Assembly: GCA_963721625.1 (NCBI GenBank)
Contig: CAVRKF010000012.1
Span: forward strand, 104,283 to 168,282
Direction of reading: 5' to 3'
DNA from: an uncultured Alphaproteobacteria bacterium
GTDB taxonomy: Bacteria; Pseudomonadota; Alphaproteobacteria; ATCC43930; CGMCC-115725
DNA: 64,000 bases
Position numbers and translations under genes: made by a program. Of the stretch, positions 19,614 through 30,829 are shown in pieces. Numbering within the stretch: position 1 is the first letter of the stretch; each line of letters starts with the position of its first letter. Under the pieces are notes generated by a model. The model saw only the letters and a program-made list of their open reading frames with translations. It did not search any database and was not told the origin of the DNA.

Positions 19614-21291
19614 ATGGAGCTGGTTGATTTCCTTGTGACGCGCGGCCGCCTCGACGCGGTGCATCGCGAGCGCGTGCTGGCGCTGCGCCGCGAGCGCGGC
19701 GAGAGCGAAAGCGTGATCATCACCCGGCTCGGCATGATGAGCGAGCGCGAGATGGCCGAATGCCTCGCGGCGTTCCTCGACGTCCCGCTCGCCGCGCAAC
19801 GCGACTATCCCGCAGCGCCGCTGTTCGCCGCCGCCTTGCGGCCGGATTTCCTCGCCCGCGCCCGCGCCGTGCCGCTCCAAGACACGCCCCAGGGATTGGC
19901 GTTGGCGATGGCCGATCCGACCGACGACTACACGATCAAGGCGGTGCGCATCGCCGCCGGCCGTCCCGTGCTGCCCTGGGCCGCGGTGCCGAGCGAGATT
20001 GGCCGCGCGCGCTCGAGCGCCTCTACGGCGGCGGCGCCGGCGCGGCGGCACCACACGGCGTGTCGGCAGCGCGCGCCGCTGCCGCCGCGCCCGACGACGT
20101 GCGGCGCCTCGCCGATCTGGCCAGCGAGGAGCCGGTCATCCGCTACGTCAACCGGCTCATCGCCCATGCCGCGGCGGCGCGCGCCTCCGACATTCACATC
20201 GAGGCCAGTCCCGACCGCGTCGTGCAGCGGCTGCGCATCGACGGCATGCTGCGCGACATCGAGCCGCCGCCCGCGGGCCTTCACGACAACATCGTCAGCC
20301 GCATCAAGGTGATGGCCGTCGCTCAACATCGCCGAGCGCCGGCTGCCGCAGGACGGCCGCTTCCGCATGGTCGTCGAGGGCCGCGAGATCGACCTGCGCA
20401 TCTCGATCGTGCCGACGCTGCATGGCGAGAGCGTGGTCATGCGGCTGCTCGACCGCGAGCGCGCGCCGCTCGATCTCGCCGGCGTTGGGCTTCGGTGCCG
20501 TGCTGCGGCGCGACTTCGAAGCGCTTCTGGCGCTGCCGAGCGGCATGCTGCTCGTCACCGGCCCGACCGGCAGCGGCAAGACATCGACACTCTATGCCGC
20601 GCTGTCGCTGCTCAATACGCGCGAGCGCAAGATTCTCACCGTCGAGGATCCGGTCGAGTACCAGCTTCCCGGCGCCAACCAGATTCCGGTGCGGCCGGCG
20701 ATCGGGCTCGGTTTCGCCAATCTGCTGCGCTCGCTGCTGCGCCAGGACCCGGACATTCTGCTGGTCGGCGAGATCCGCGACCTCGAGACGGCGCGGATCG
20801 CGGCGCAGGCGAGCCTCACCGGCCATCTGCTGCTGTCGACGCTCCACACCAACGACGCCGTCAGCACGATCGTCCGCCTCCTCGATATGGGGCTCGAGGA
20901 TTATCTCATGGCCTCGGTGCTGCGCGGCGTCATGGCGCAGCGCCTGGTGCGCTGTCTCTGCCGTCTCTGCCGCGAGGCTTACGTGCCGCCGCCGGCGCTG
21001 GTCGAGCGGTTCGGCCTCGCGCCGCCCGCCGATGGGACGATGCGGCTCTACCGCGCCAAAGGCTGCGAGGCCTGCGGCGGTACCGGCTATCACGGCCGCA
21101 CCGCCATCGCCGAGCTGCTCGTGGTGGACGAGCGGTTCCAGCCCTTGATTCTCGGGCGCGCCGATGCGCGGGCATTGCACGAGGCGGCGCGCGCCGGCGG
21201 GCTGGTCGATCTGCGCCGCGACGGGCTGGCGAAGGCGTGCGCCGGCGTCACCTCGCTCGACGAGGTGCTGCGCGTGACCGGAGCCTCCTGA
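19614..21291 (+). pseudogene. gspE: type II secretion ATPase GspE, three frame breaks
   Basis: Joined from ORFs 19614..20312, 19760..21148, the frame of 20367.. and 19999..21291. It shows the N-terminal GspE domain, [14 protein letters not shown], Walker [11 protein letters not shown], the Asp/His boxes ([20 protein letters not shown]) and the tetracysteine motif CxxC...CxxC. Junctions are near 20005, 20320 and 20480. Confidence 0.9.
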
Positions 21292-21292
21292 C

Positions 21293-22501
21293 ATGCCGCG
21301 CTTCCGCTATCGCGCGCTGCGCCCGGTCGGCGGCGAGGTCGCAGGCGAGCTGGTCGCCGACGATGCCGGCGCGGCGGCGAGCCAACTCCAGTCCGCCGGC
21401 AGCTTTCCGATCGAGATCGCGCCGGTTTCCGGCGCTTCCTTCGCGTGCCCGCCGTCGCCCGACAGCGGCGCTTGGCGCAGCGCGAGCTCATCCTCTTCAC
21501 GCGCCAGCTCGCCGCGCTGCTCGCCGCCGGCGTGGCGCTCGACCGCGCGCTGGGGCTGATCGCGGGCGAGCGTGGAAGCTCGCGCCGTGCGCTCCTCGCT
21601 GCGGCGCTGCGCGCGGCGGTCAATCGCGGCGAGAGCCTGTCGCGCGCGACGATCGAGCACAACGTCTATACCCCCGCGCATGCCATGGTGATCGCCGCCG
21701 GCGAGGCGCGCGGCGATGTCGCCGGCGCGCTGGAGCGGCTCGCCGCCGTCCTCGAGCGCAACCGCACGATCAGCCAGTCGCTCATCGGCGCGCTCATCTA
21801 TCCCGCGAGCGTGCTGGTCGTCGCCTGCCTGTCGGTCTCGTTCCTGCTCGGCTTCGTCGTGCCGCGCTTCGCGACCCTGCTCGAAGGGTTCCGGCGCGAG
21901 CCGCCGCTGTTGATGCAGGCGATTGCTCGATTTCTCGCGCCTCGTTCACGATTACGGCGCGCCCGTTGCCGCGGTCATCTTTGCGCTCGCCGCGCTCTAC
22001 GTGTTCAAGCGGCGGGATGCCTCGTTCCGCGTCGCGGTCGACCGCCGCCTTTTCGCGCTGCCGGCGGTGGGGACGCTGTTACGCAAGATCGAGACCGAGC
22101 GCCTTGCCTTTCTCCTCGGCACCATGGTGGCGGCGGGCGTGCCCGTGCCTTCGGCGGTGGCGGCCGCGCGCGCGGCGGCGACGAATGCGGCGCTGCGCGA
22201 GGGGCTTGCCGAGGCCGAGCGCGCGATCGAGCGCGGCGACGGCGTGGCCCAGGCGCTCGCCGCGCCGCGCCTCCTGCCTGAGCTCACGCTCGAACTGATC
22301 CGGGTCGGCGAGGAGACGGGCGACCTCGCGCCCATGCTGCTCAAGGCGAGCGACATGCTGCGCCAGGAGATCGAGGCCACCGCCAGCGCATGGGTCGCGC
22401 TGGTGGCGCCGTTGAGCATCGTCATCCTGGGGCTCATCATCGGCGCCATCGCGCTTGCCATCTTCAGCACCGTGCTCGAGGTCTATGACGTTGCCACCTG
22501 A
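21293..22501 (+). pseudogene. gspF: type II secretion inner-membrane platform protein GspF, two frame breaks (net frame restored)
   Basis: Joined from ORFs 21293..21559, 21445..22281 and 21923..22501. It shows two GspF repeats (FTRQLAALLAAGVALDRAL...; LAFLLGTMVAAGVPVPSAV...) and the C-terminal TM ...IILGLIIGAIALAIFSTVLEVY. Junctions are near 21450 and 21925. Confidence 0.9.
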
Positions 22502-22911
22502 CACGCGCCGCGGCGGCGGCTTCACGCTGCTCGAATTGCTGATCGTGCTGGCGATCTTGAGCCTTGTCGTGGCGCTGGCCGTGCCGCTCTACGGCCGGCG
22601 CAGCGCGAGCCGCAACACTCGCCGGCGCCACCCAGGAGGTTCGCGCAGCGCTGGCGGCGGCGCGTTCCGCGGCGATCGCCGAGGACCGCGACATCGTCTT
22701 CAGCGGCGGCGCCGACGGCTACAGCGTCGACGGCCGGCGGCATCGATTCCCGCCGGCGGCGGCGCTGTCCATCGAAGTGCGCGGCGGCACGCGCATTTCC
22801 TTCTTCCCCTCGGGCGGCTCCTCGGGCGGAAGCGTGATCCTGCGCCGCGCCGCCGCGCGGCGCGAAATCGCGATCGAAGCGATCACCGGCCGTGCCGTCC
22901 TGCTCCGGTGA
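22485..22911 (+). pseudogene. gspH: minor pseudopilin, GspH-like, one frame break
   Basis: The ATG at 22485 lies in the frame of ORF 22455..22937. The prepilin leader and hydrophobic helix read RRGGGFTLLELLIVLAILSLVVALAVP. ORF 22564..22911 continues with ATQEVRAALAAARSAAIAEDRDIVF...ISFFPSGGSSGGSVIL, which is typical of GspH/FimT and not of GspG. The junction is near 22600. Confidence 0.7.
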
Positions 22912-23299
22912 CCGCCGCGCGGCGGGATTCTCCCTGATCGAGGTGCTGTTCGCCCTCGCCGTCGTCGGGATCGCGCTCGGCACGGCCGCCAGCGTGTTCG
23001 GCAATGGCATTCTCGGATATGCGGCGGCACGCGATGTCGATACCGCGCTGGCGCTGGCGCAGGGAAAGCTCGCCGCGGCCGGCGTCACCGCGCCGCTGCA
23101 GCCGGGCGTATCCGACGGCGTCTTCGCCGGCCGCTTCGCCTGGCGCCTTTCGGTCGCGCGCTTCGACGACAGCGCCGCTCCGCCGCCGCCGGCCCCGTTC
23201 GGGCTCTATCGCATCGACGCCAGCGTGGCGTGGCGCGAGGGGCCGCGCCGGCGCGAGATCGCGCTCTCGACGCTGCGGCTGGTCGCGGCGCCGCCATGA
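22892..23299 (+). CDS. gspI: minor pseudopilin GspI
   Basis: Intact ORF with a GTG start. The prepilin motif is AAGFSLIEVLFALAVVGIALG, the size is about 135 aa, and the gene overlaps the end of gspH. Confidence 0.75.
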   Translation: MPSCSGDRRAAGFSLIEVLFALAVVGIALGTAASVFGNGILGYAAARDVDTALALAQGKLAAAGVTAPLQPGVSDGVFAGRFAWRLSVARFDDSAAPPPPAPFGLYRIDASVAWREGPRRREIALSTLRLVAAPP

Positions 23300-23890
23300 G
23301 CGGCAGCGCGCGCCGGCACGGCTTCACGCTGGTCGAGGTGCTGATCGCGCTCGCCCTCACCGGCATCGTCGCGATGCTGCATGCTCGAGGGCATGCGCTT
23401 TGCCACGGCCGGGCTGGAGCGCGCCGCGGACCGCGCCGACCGGCTCGAAGCGCGCCGCAGCTTCGAGGCGCTGTTGCAGCGCGAGCTCGGCGTCACCTTC
23501 GTCGCACCGCTCCTGCCCAACGCTCCGGCGCTGGTCGGCGGCAGGCAGAGCCTGCGCTTCCTCACGCTCGCCGAGGACGGCGGCGCCGGGCTCTATCGCG
23601 TCGACGCTCGACGGTCGAGACGCGCGGCGGCGCGCCGGCGCTGGTCGAGACGCGGCGGCGGGTCGGCGGCTTGCGAGCGCTCGACACGGCACGCGCTATT
23701 GTGGTGCCGCGGCTCCGCCACCTGCGCATCGCCTATTTCGGCAGCACCACGCCCAACGACGCGCCGCAATGGCACGAACAGCTGGAACGGGCCGCTCTAC
23801 CCGCCGACGCTCGTTCGCATCGACCTCGACAGCGGCGACGGGCTCGCGCAGCCGCCGCTCGTCGTGCGGCTGTGGGCCGCGCCGGGCTGA
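23297..23890 (+). pseudogene. gspJ: minor pseudopilin GspJ, several frame breaks
   Basis: The ATG at 23297 gives MSGSARRHGFTLVEVLIALALTGIVAML (frame of ORF 23230..). ORF 23381..23890 supplies MLEGMRFATAGLERAADRADRLEARRSFEALLQREL... and the C-terminus ...YPPTLVRIDLDSGDGLAQPPLVVRLWAAPG. A middle stretch (ALVETRRRVGG...RIAYFGSTTPNDAPQWHEQ) is in a third frame. Confidence 0.6.
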
Positions 23891-23891
23891 G

Positions 23892-24798
23892 ATGCGCGAC
23901 CCGGCGAACCATAATGCGATCGAGCGCGAGCGCGGCTCGGTCACCATCCTCGTGCTGTGGGGCGTGGCGATCATGTTCGTGCTGCTGGCCGCGGCCGGCT
24001 TCACCACCCGCACCGAGATTCTCGTGGCGCGCAACGCGGTCGCGGCGATGCGCGTGCGCGAGGCCGCCGAAGGCGGCACGCAGCTCGGCCTGGCACGCCT
24101 GCTCGCGCGGCACGCTGCCGGCACCGCGATCTTCGACGGCAAGCCGCGAGACGTGGCGGGACGGAACCGTGTCCGTGGCGCCATCGCGATCGCGGACGAG
24201 GCCGGCAAGATCGACCTCAACCAGGCGCCGCTCGAACTGCTTGCGGGCCTGTTCGAGGCGGTGGGGCGGCCGGAAGCGGACGCGATGCTGCTCGCCTGCC
24301 GCATCGTCCAGCGCCGCGGCAGCCCCGCCCCGGACTGTCCGCAGCCGAACGACGCGCGATCAGGCGCCGTTTCAGCCGGCGCTCTTCACCGCGCCCGAGG
24401 AACTGGCCGGGCTGCCGGGGATGGACGACCGCCTCTATGACGCGGTCGCCGACAGCGTCACCGTCGCGACCGGCGCCGCGGCGATCGATCCCGCGGTCGC
24501 GCCGCGCACGGTGCTGCTCGCGCTGCCCGGCGCCACGCCGGACATGGTCGACGCCTATCTCGCGGCACGAAGTACGTGGCGCGCGATGGCGCCCGAGGAC
24601 AGCGGCTTCGAAACGCTGCCGGGCTTTCCCTATCTCATGGTGAGCCCGGATCGCGATTTCACCGTGAGCGCGATCGCGGCGGCGCCCGACGGCGCGCGCT
24701 TCCGCGCCGATCTGCAGATTCGCCTGACCGGCCTGGCGACCCACCCTTACCAGATCATGGCGTGGCGGACGCCGCCGCTGCGCGCAGGACGGCGCTAG
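23892..24798 (+). pseudogene. gspK: minor pseudopilin GspK, one frame break
   Basis: The ATG at 23892 (frame of ORF 23004..24440) gives ERGSVTILVLWGVAIMFVLLAAAGF...IADEAGKIDLNQAPLELLAGLFEA. The C-terminal half (FTAPEELAGLPGMDDRLYDAVADSVTV...) is in the frame of ORF 23230..24798. The junction is near 24360. Confidence 0.75.
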
Positions 24799-24875
24799 AC
24801 ATACCGGCCGCGAGCGATGCAAGCCGGCGCGGCATCTGATATGGTTCGCCGCGATCGCCGCCGAGAGCTTGCCCC

Positions 24876-25967
24876 ATGACCGTCGCCGCCGACGAGCCGA
24901 AACCGCGGGCGCGCGCCCGTTCGCTGGCGCGCGCGCTGCGGTGGTGGCTCGGCGAACTGCGCGGGCTTTGCGCGCGATGTGGCGCGGCAATTCGATCGGC
25001 GGCCGCAATGCGATCGTCATCGAGGTCGGCGAGCGCTATTGGATCGTGCGGCAGCGCCGGACGCCTGCTCGGGCAGATCGACCGCGCCGCCGCCGATGCG
25101 GCCGCAGCGCGGCGCAGCCTGCGGCGCCTTGCCGCAACCGGCGGCCGGTCTGGGGCGGTCGTGGTCGAGATCCCGCCAGAGCGCGTGCTGGCCAAGCGCA
25201 TCAGGCTGCCGGCGCATGGCGCAGCGCGAGATCGAGCGCGTCGCTGCATTTCGAGATCGCGCGCCACTTCCCCTTTCCGGCCGAGCGCGTCCATTTCCGC
25301 CATCGCGTCATCGGCCGCGCCACCGCGGCACGATCGAGGTCGAGATCGTCGCGGTGCCGCGCGAGATCGTCGCCGAGATCTGCGCCGAGCTCGGCCGGCG
25401 CCGGGTTGCGGCATCAGGGCCGTCGTCGCCGCGGGCGGCGCCGGCGCGCCGGCGCTTGCGCTGCCGGTCGCGGCGATCGGCGCCGGCGCTCGGCCTCGCG
25501 CGCGGCGCGCGCTGGCTCGTCGCGCTGCTGCGGTGCTCGCCGTCGCGGCGCTGGCCGCGCCGATCGTCCACGACCGGATGCGGCTCGCCGCAGTCGACGC
25601 GCGAGATCGCGGCGCTGCACAGCCGCGTGGTGGCCAGGCGTCGCCGCCGCGCACGCAGCAGCACCAGCCGCGAGCCGAGCGCGCCGCCGGGTCCGCTGCG
25701 CCTCAAGGCGGCGCGGCCGCCGCTCGTCGCCGTGCTCGACGCGCTGACCCAGGCGGTGCCGGACGGGTCGTGGCTCGCCTCCCTCGACGTGACCGGGCAC
25801 GAGATCGTCATGAGCGGGCTGTCGCCTTCGGCGGCGACGGTCGCGCTCGCGCTCGAGAACAGCCGCGCCTTCGCCAACGTCGTGTTCCGCTCGCCGATCC
25901 TGCGCGATCCCGCCACCGGGCTCGAGCATTTCGAGCTCGCGGCTGCCATCTCGAGCCGAAACCGTGA
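24876..25967 (+). pseudogene. gspL: type II secretion protein GspL-like, many frame breaks
   Basis: Position after gspK. Recognisable pieces are spread over ORFs 24876.., 24869.. and 24979..: LRWWLGELRGL; VVVEIPPERVLAKRIRLPA; FEIARHFPFPAERVHF; EVEIVAVPREIVAEICAEL; LDALTQAVPDGSWLASLDVTGHEIVMSGLSPSAATVALALENS. The assignment rests on order and general resemblance. Confidence 0.55.
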
Positions 25968-26491
25968 CCGCGGCGCGCGCGGCGGCGCTTCTCATCCTGG
26001 TGGCCTGCTCGCCGGGCTGTGGATCGGGCCGGTCGCGGCCTATCGCGGTTTCGTCGCTGACGGCGCCGATGCGGCTCGCCGCGGCCGAGCAGAAGCTTCT
26101 GCGCTATCGCGCGCTGCTTCGCGCGCCGCAGCCGGCGGCGGCGCCGATCGATGCGACAGGCAGCGCTCTTCCCCGCGGCTTCCGCCGCCCAGGCGGACGC
26201 GCTCCTGCAGCAGACGCTGAAGGCCGCGGCAGCGGCGGCGCAGGTCGAGATCGAGGGACTTCAGGTGCTGCAGCCCGCGTCGCTCGGAGGCGCGAGCCGG
26301 ATCGGCGTGCGGCTCAAGGGACGCGCCGACATCGCCGCGCTCGACCGTCTGCTCTATGCCATCGAGACATTCGCGGCCGCTGCTCTATCCCGACAATCTG
26401 CAGATCCAGTCGCGCGCGGGCGGCCGCAGCGCCGGCGCCGCTCGAATTCCAGGTCGACGTGTCGGGGTTCACGTCCGGGGCCGCGGCATGA
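25964..26491 (+). pseudogene. gspM: type II secretion protein GspM-like, several frame breaks
   Basis: The GTG at 25964 overlaps the gspL stop. A TM piece LLAGLWIGPVAAY is followed by ...ADALLQQTLKAAAAAAQVEIEGLQVLQPASLGGASRIGVRLKGRADIAALDRLLYAIE (ORF 26151.. frame) and the end ...APLEFQVDVSGFTSGAAA (ORF 25964.. frame). Confidence 0.5.
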
Positions 26492-26981
26492 CCGCCGCGA
26501 TGCGCGCGCCGCGCTTGCTCACTTTCGTCCTCGCGGCCGCCAATGTGGCGATGGCGGCGCTCGCGCTGTGGCCGTCGCTGCCGCAAGCGCGCGGGCGGCG
26601 TATTCCCGCGCCGTATCCGCGGCACAGCGACGAATGCCCGCCGCTGGCCGCCTGCCGCCTTTGCCGATTATGCCGCGACGGTCGAACGGCCGCTGTTCTC
26701 GCCGTCGCGCCGGCCGCCGCCGGGCGGCACGGCACACGCCCTGCGGCGGCGACGGCCGCTACCGCCTGCAAGGCCTCGTCATCGCCGGCACGACGCGGCA
26801 CGCGCTTATCGCCGAGATCGCGAGCGGCCGCAGCGTCGAACTCGGCGAAGGTCGAGGCGATCGAAGGCTGGATGGTGAAGCGGATCGACGCTGGATGGCG
26901 TGGTTCTCGCCTCGCCCGCCGGCGACAGCGACGCTCACCTTGGGCACCACGGGCGCGCTCCCGCCGACGGCCAAGCCGTGA
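26488..26981 (+). pseudogene. gspN: type II secretion protein N (GspN/GspC-like), several frame breaks
   Basis: The ATG at 26488 overlaps the gspM stop (ATGA). The TM reads MRAPRLLTFVLAAANVAMAALALWP. Pieces FADYAATVERPLFSPSRRPPP and YRLQGLVIAGTTRHALIAEIASGRSVEL resemble GspN. The stop is at 26979..26981. Confidence 0.4.
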
Positions 26982-26984
26982 CGC

Positions 26985-29900
26985 TCAGCGGCTGACGCGG
27001 CCCGTCTGCCGCAGCGGCGCGGGCACGGGCGGGCACGAAATTCTTCGGTGTCGACGCCGTCGGTCACGGTGTAGAGCTTGCCGTCCGGCCCGATATAGAA
27101 CTTCTGCATCTCGGCGAGCGGTGAAGGGGCGCGAGCCGATGCGACCGAAGACCGCGATCTGATGGCCGGTCTCGTCGACGCCGCGGTCGCGTTCGAGCCC
27201 GCGCGAAAGCGCCAGCGCCGGCGACGCGGTCGTGATACCAGGCGATCAGCGCGGGCTTCGGATCGGGCGAGAAGCCGTAGAAATTCGGGCTGCGCTGTCG
27301 GGCGAGGTGAGCTGGATCACCTTCAGCCCGTTGCGCCGTCGGCGACATAGGCGAAGAGCGAGGCGTTGGTCGCGCCGACGACCACGTCGCGGGCGTCGTC
27401 GAGCTTGCCGCCGGCGGTATATTGCATGTAGAGCTGCGGATGGTCCGGCCGCTCCACGTCGATGATCGCAAGCCCGTCGCTTGCCGTCGGCGACATAGGC
27501 GTAGGTGCGCGCCACGAACACGCGGTTGGCATGGGCGAGCGGCACGTGCGCGCCCTTGACCACGACGCGGCTGCAGCGGATCGGTGACGTCGACGACATC
27601 GAGCCCGTCCGCGTCGGCGACGAAGAGATAGCGGAACTGCACCGCCGTCGCCGCGCGCGCCGGCGATCGGGATCACCGCCATGACCTTGGGATGGAGCGG
27701 GTCGTCCATGTCGAGCTCGACCACGCCGGCATCGGCGCTGACATAGAAATGCGTTCCCGCGATCGTCAGGTGGCGCGCGCCCTTGAGGATGTCGCCCTCG
27801 TTCCAGGTCAGCGCGCGGGTGAGGAAGTTGTTGCGCGGCTCGCCGTCCTGCAGCGTGTCGACATTGGTGAGGATCAGGCCTTCCTCCGCATCCGTGATGA
27901 AGGCGTAGTTGTAGATCGGATGCATCGGCTGCTCTTCATTGTCCTCGCGCATCACCTTGGCGAAATCGACATCGGGCAGCAGGGTCTCGTCCTTGCCGGC
28001 GTTGCGCAGCGGGTTGATCGGCTGGTTGGTCGGCAGCGCGACGCAGGTGGCGTCCTTCGAGGCGATATGGGTGTCCTGGCCCAGCGGCGAGACCGGCGCG
28101 GTGATGATGCGCTCGGAGACGTCCTTGTTGGCGATGCTGGCGACGTCATAGACGCGCATGCCGCGCGTGCCTTCGGCGACGTAGAGATATTCGCCGCGCA
28201 GCTGGATGCACTGCGCGTCGTTCGAGTTGTGGCCATAGGCTTCCTTCAGCTCGCGGCCGTTGGCGAGATGCGCCTTGTAGTCAGTCGGGATAGGCGTATT
28301 TCTGCAGATAGCTGCCGATCACCGCCTGCGGCTCGTCCCATTCGGTGACGCGCACCGCCTCGATGTCGTGCGCCTCGCCGACCCAGGCATTGTAGCCGAC
28401 GAAATTGACGAAATTGGTGCCCAGCAGCAGGAGCTGCGCCATGATCGCGTTGTTGTCGTTGGCCGCGGAGACGTGGCAGTCGGTGCAGGTCTTGGTCTCG
28501 GTCGTGCGCTCGGTGTGCGGGTAATGCGGCGAGAAGGCCTGGCTCGAGAAGCCCGACGGAGGAGATCGGCGGCTGCTGCACGTAGATGTGGCTCGCGGTT
28601 GATGTTGGTCGATGACAGCACCAGCGCCGAGCGCGAGCGCGATCGGCGCGATGATGTTGCCCTTGAGCGTGCCGGCGATGCCGAGCTGGAACATGTCCTC
28701 GCGCGCGACCTGGGGATTGTAGGTCGCGAAGTTGCGGGTCTCGCCGCCTTCGTAGTGGTGGCGCGTCGGTCTTCCAGTTCGCCTCGATCGGCAGGTGGCA
28801 GCCGGCGCAGCTCGTGGTCCAGGACAGATGGCAGGTGAAGCACGCCATCTTGTCGTTGTGGGCGAGCTGCGGTTCGCGGCACGCCCGGTCCCCACTTCAT
28901 CGAGTGCGTCGTTCGACATGAGCTTGGCGCGCGCCGCCGCGGGATTGTATTTGGGGCTCGCCGGATCGACCGTGTCCTTGACCAGCGTCACCTCCCATTC
29001 GAGGTTGGGATAGACCGCCGAGCGCTGATAGAGCTTGCCGTCGCGCCATTCGAAGCGCTTGCGGCCGTCGGTGGTGCGCAGCAGCGACAGATCGGTGCCG
29101 CCGGGCGGCGCGGCGGGACCGCTGGTGCGCAGAGTTGGGATAGGCCGTCGACGGTGCCGTGGCAGTCGACGCAGGTGATCTCGATCGCGCCCTGCACCTC
29201 GCCATAGATATGGCCGCTGCCGTGCGCGTCCTGCGCGAAATGGCAATCGACGCATTGCATGCCGTAATCGACATGGATCGATCGAGATGCACCGCCTTCT
29301 TGAACTTCTCCGGATCGTCGTTCGCGACGATGTTGTTGGCGTCGTCGAGCAGGTTGCCCTTGCGGTCGCGCTTGAAGACGGCGCGGAAGTTCCAGCCATG
29401 GCCGTGATAGTCGGCGAACTGGGTGTCCTTGATCTGGGGATTGAGCGTCGCTCGACATCGGCGCTGAAATCGGGATCGGCCCAATTGCCGCGCGGCGCCG
29501 CGCCTTCGGGATTGCGGTCGTTGACGGCGCGGATTCTCGGCGGCGGTCGGATATTTCTGCTTCTCCGGCCACATCTGCGGCGCCGCCGTCTCGTAGTCCC
29601 ACATCGTGTAGCCGAGCATAGGTGTTCATGAACAGGTTCGGCTGATGCATGTGGCAGATCATGCATGGCTCGGTCGGGATCGCGTCGGTCATGACGTGGC
29701 GCAGCGGATGCGCCGCATTCGTCTTGGGGAATGGTCGGATCGACGCTGGCGCTGGTGCCGCCGTTGCCGAACTTGGCGTAGGGGCCGGACGCCTCGATGT
29801 CGCGGTCGTTGGCATAGACCACGTGGCACGCGGCGCAGCCGGAATTGCGATAATCGCCGGGATGGTCGTTGGTGCCGATGAACCAGGTGAAGGGATCGTT

Positions 29901-30822
29901 GAGCCGCGTCTTGGTGATGTTGAGGACCGGGATCGACGACGCGCAGGCCGGTGCCGGGCCCGCGATTGGACTGGCGGATGTCGGGCCGGCCCGGCTCCTC
30001 CAGACGCTCGAATCTCGCCGGTCGAATCGGGCAGGCCGATCTCGGGAAACTGCGTGCCGATGTTGCGGCCGCCGCGCTCGAACACGCGGAAGATGTCGCC
30101 GGGCGGCGTCACCTCCCACGCCGGCAGCGGGTAGAGCTGGGCGATGATGCCGTGATCGTGGGTCATCTCCGGCGTCGGCTTCACCGGCGCGACGAGGCTC
30201 GCGGGCTTGCCGTCGCGCGTATAGGCCTCGCCGAGGATCGCAGTGCTTGAACGGCACGATGCCGTTGTTGTAGGCGGCCGCCGCCCAGAAATGCGCCGCC
30301 GTCGCCATCAGGCTGCGCTCGGCCGCCTGGATGATGGCGAGATGGCAGGCGCCGCAGGCCTCGCGCGCGACGCGGTAATCGGACGGATTGACGAAGCGGA
30401 TGAACTCCGGCGCCTCGCGGTTGAGCAGCGTGTAGCTGTCGCTCGCGGCTTGGCGCTCGACGGCCAGTTCCACGCCTTGGGATAGCGCGGCTGGACATGC
30501 GCCTCGTCCTCGAGACGTGCGATATTCGTCGCTGCCCGGCTGCGATGATGCCCGCGCGCATCACGCCGGGATCGCCGCCATGGCAATCGGCGCAGCCGAG
30601 ATTGATGCCGACGCTGGTATGCATCGTCGGCGAGTCGGTCGCGGTGTGGCAGGTGATGCAGCCCGCGCTCTTGGCCGCGGCCGCGGCCGGCGTCTGCATC
30701 GCCGGCGCCGGCGGGAACGGCGTAGTGCGCGCGCGCTTCCGCTCGCGTCGGCACGGCACGCCGATCGCCGCCACGGCGAGGATCAGCGCGAAGGATGAAG
30801 CTATGATCGCTTTCGGCACCAT
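26985..30822 (-). pseudogene. multiheme (10 x CXXCH) cytochrome c fused to a C-terminal LVIVD-repeat beta-propeller; many frame breaks
   Basis: The ATG at 30822 gives MVPKAIIASSFALILAVAAIG (signal/anchor). Heme motifs seen in the ORF-track translations are CITCH and CADCH (30181..30822); CGACH, CAACH and CTDCH (28281..30473); CMICH and two CVDCH (28988..30184); CFTCH and CAGCH (28246..28848). The LVIVD-type repeats are GMRVYDVAS, GLILTNVDT, GVVELDMDDPLHP, GLDVVDVTDPLQP, GLAIIDVERPDHP and GLKVIQLTSPDS (ORFs 27323..28159, 27064..27642, 27246..27599). The propeller frame is open up to 28282 and overlaps the apparent cytochrome stop at 28281..28283. Confidence 0.7.
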
Positions 30823-30829
30823 CGGTCAC

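Noticed and set aside
22485-22911. Calling the first pseudopilin after gspF the major pseudopilin GspG.
   Set aside because: Beyond the shared prepilin leader and helix, the body matches the GspH/FimT pattern (T.EVRAAL..ARS.AI...R.V) and lacks the conserved GspG core.
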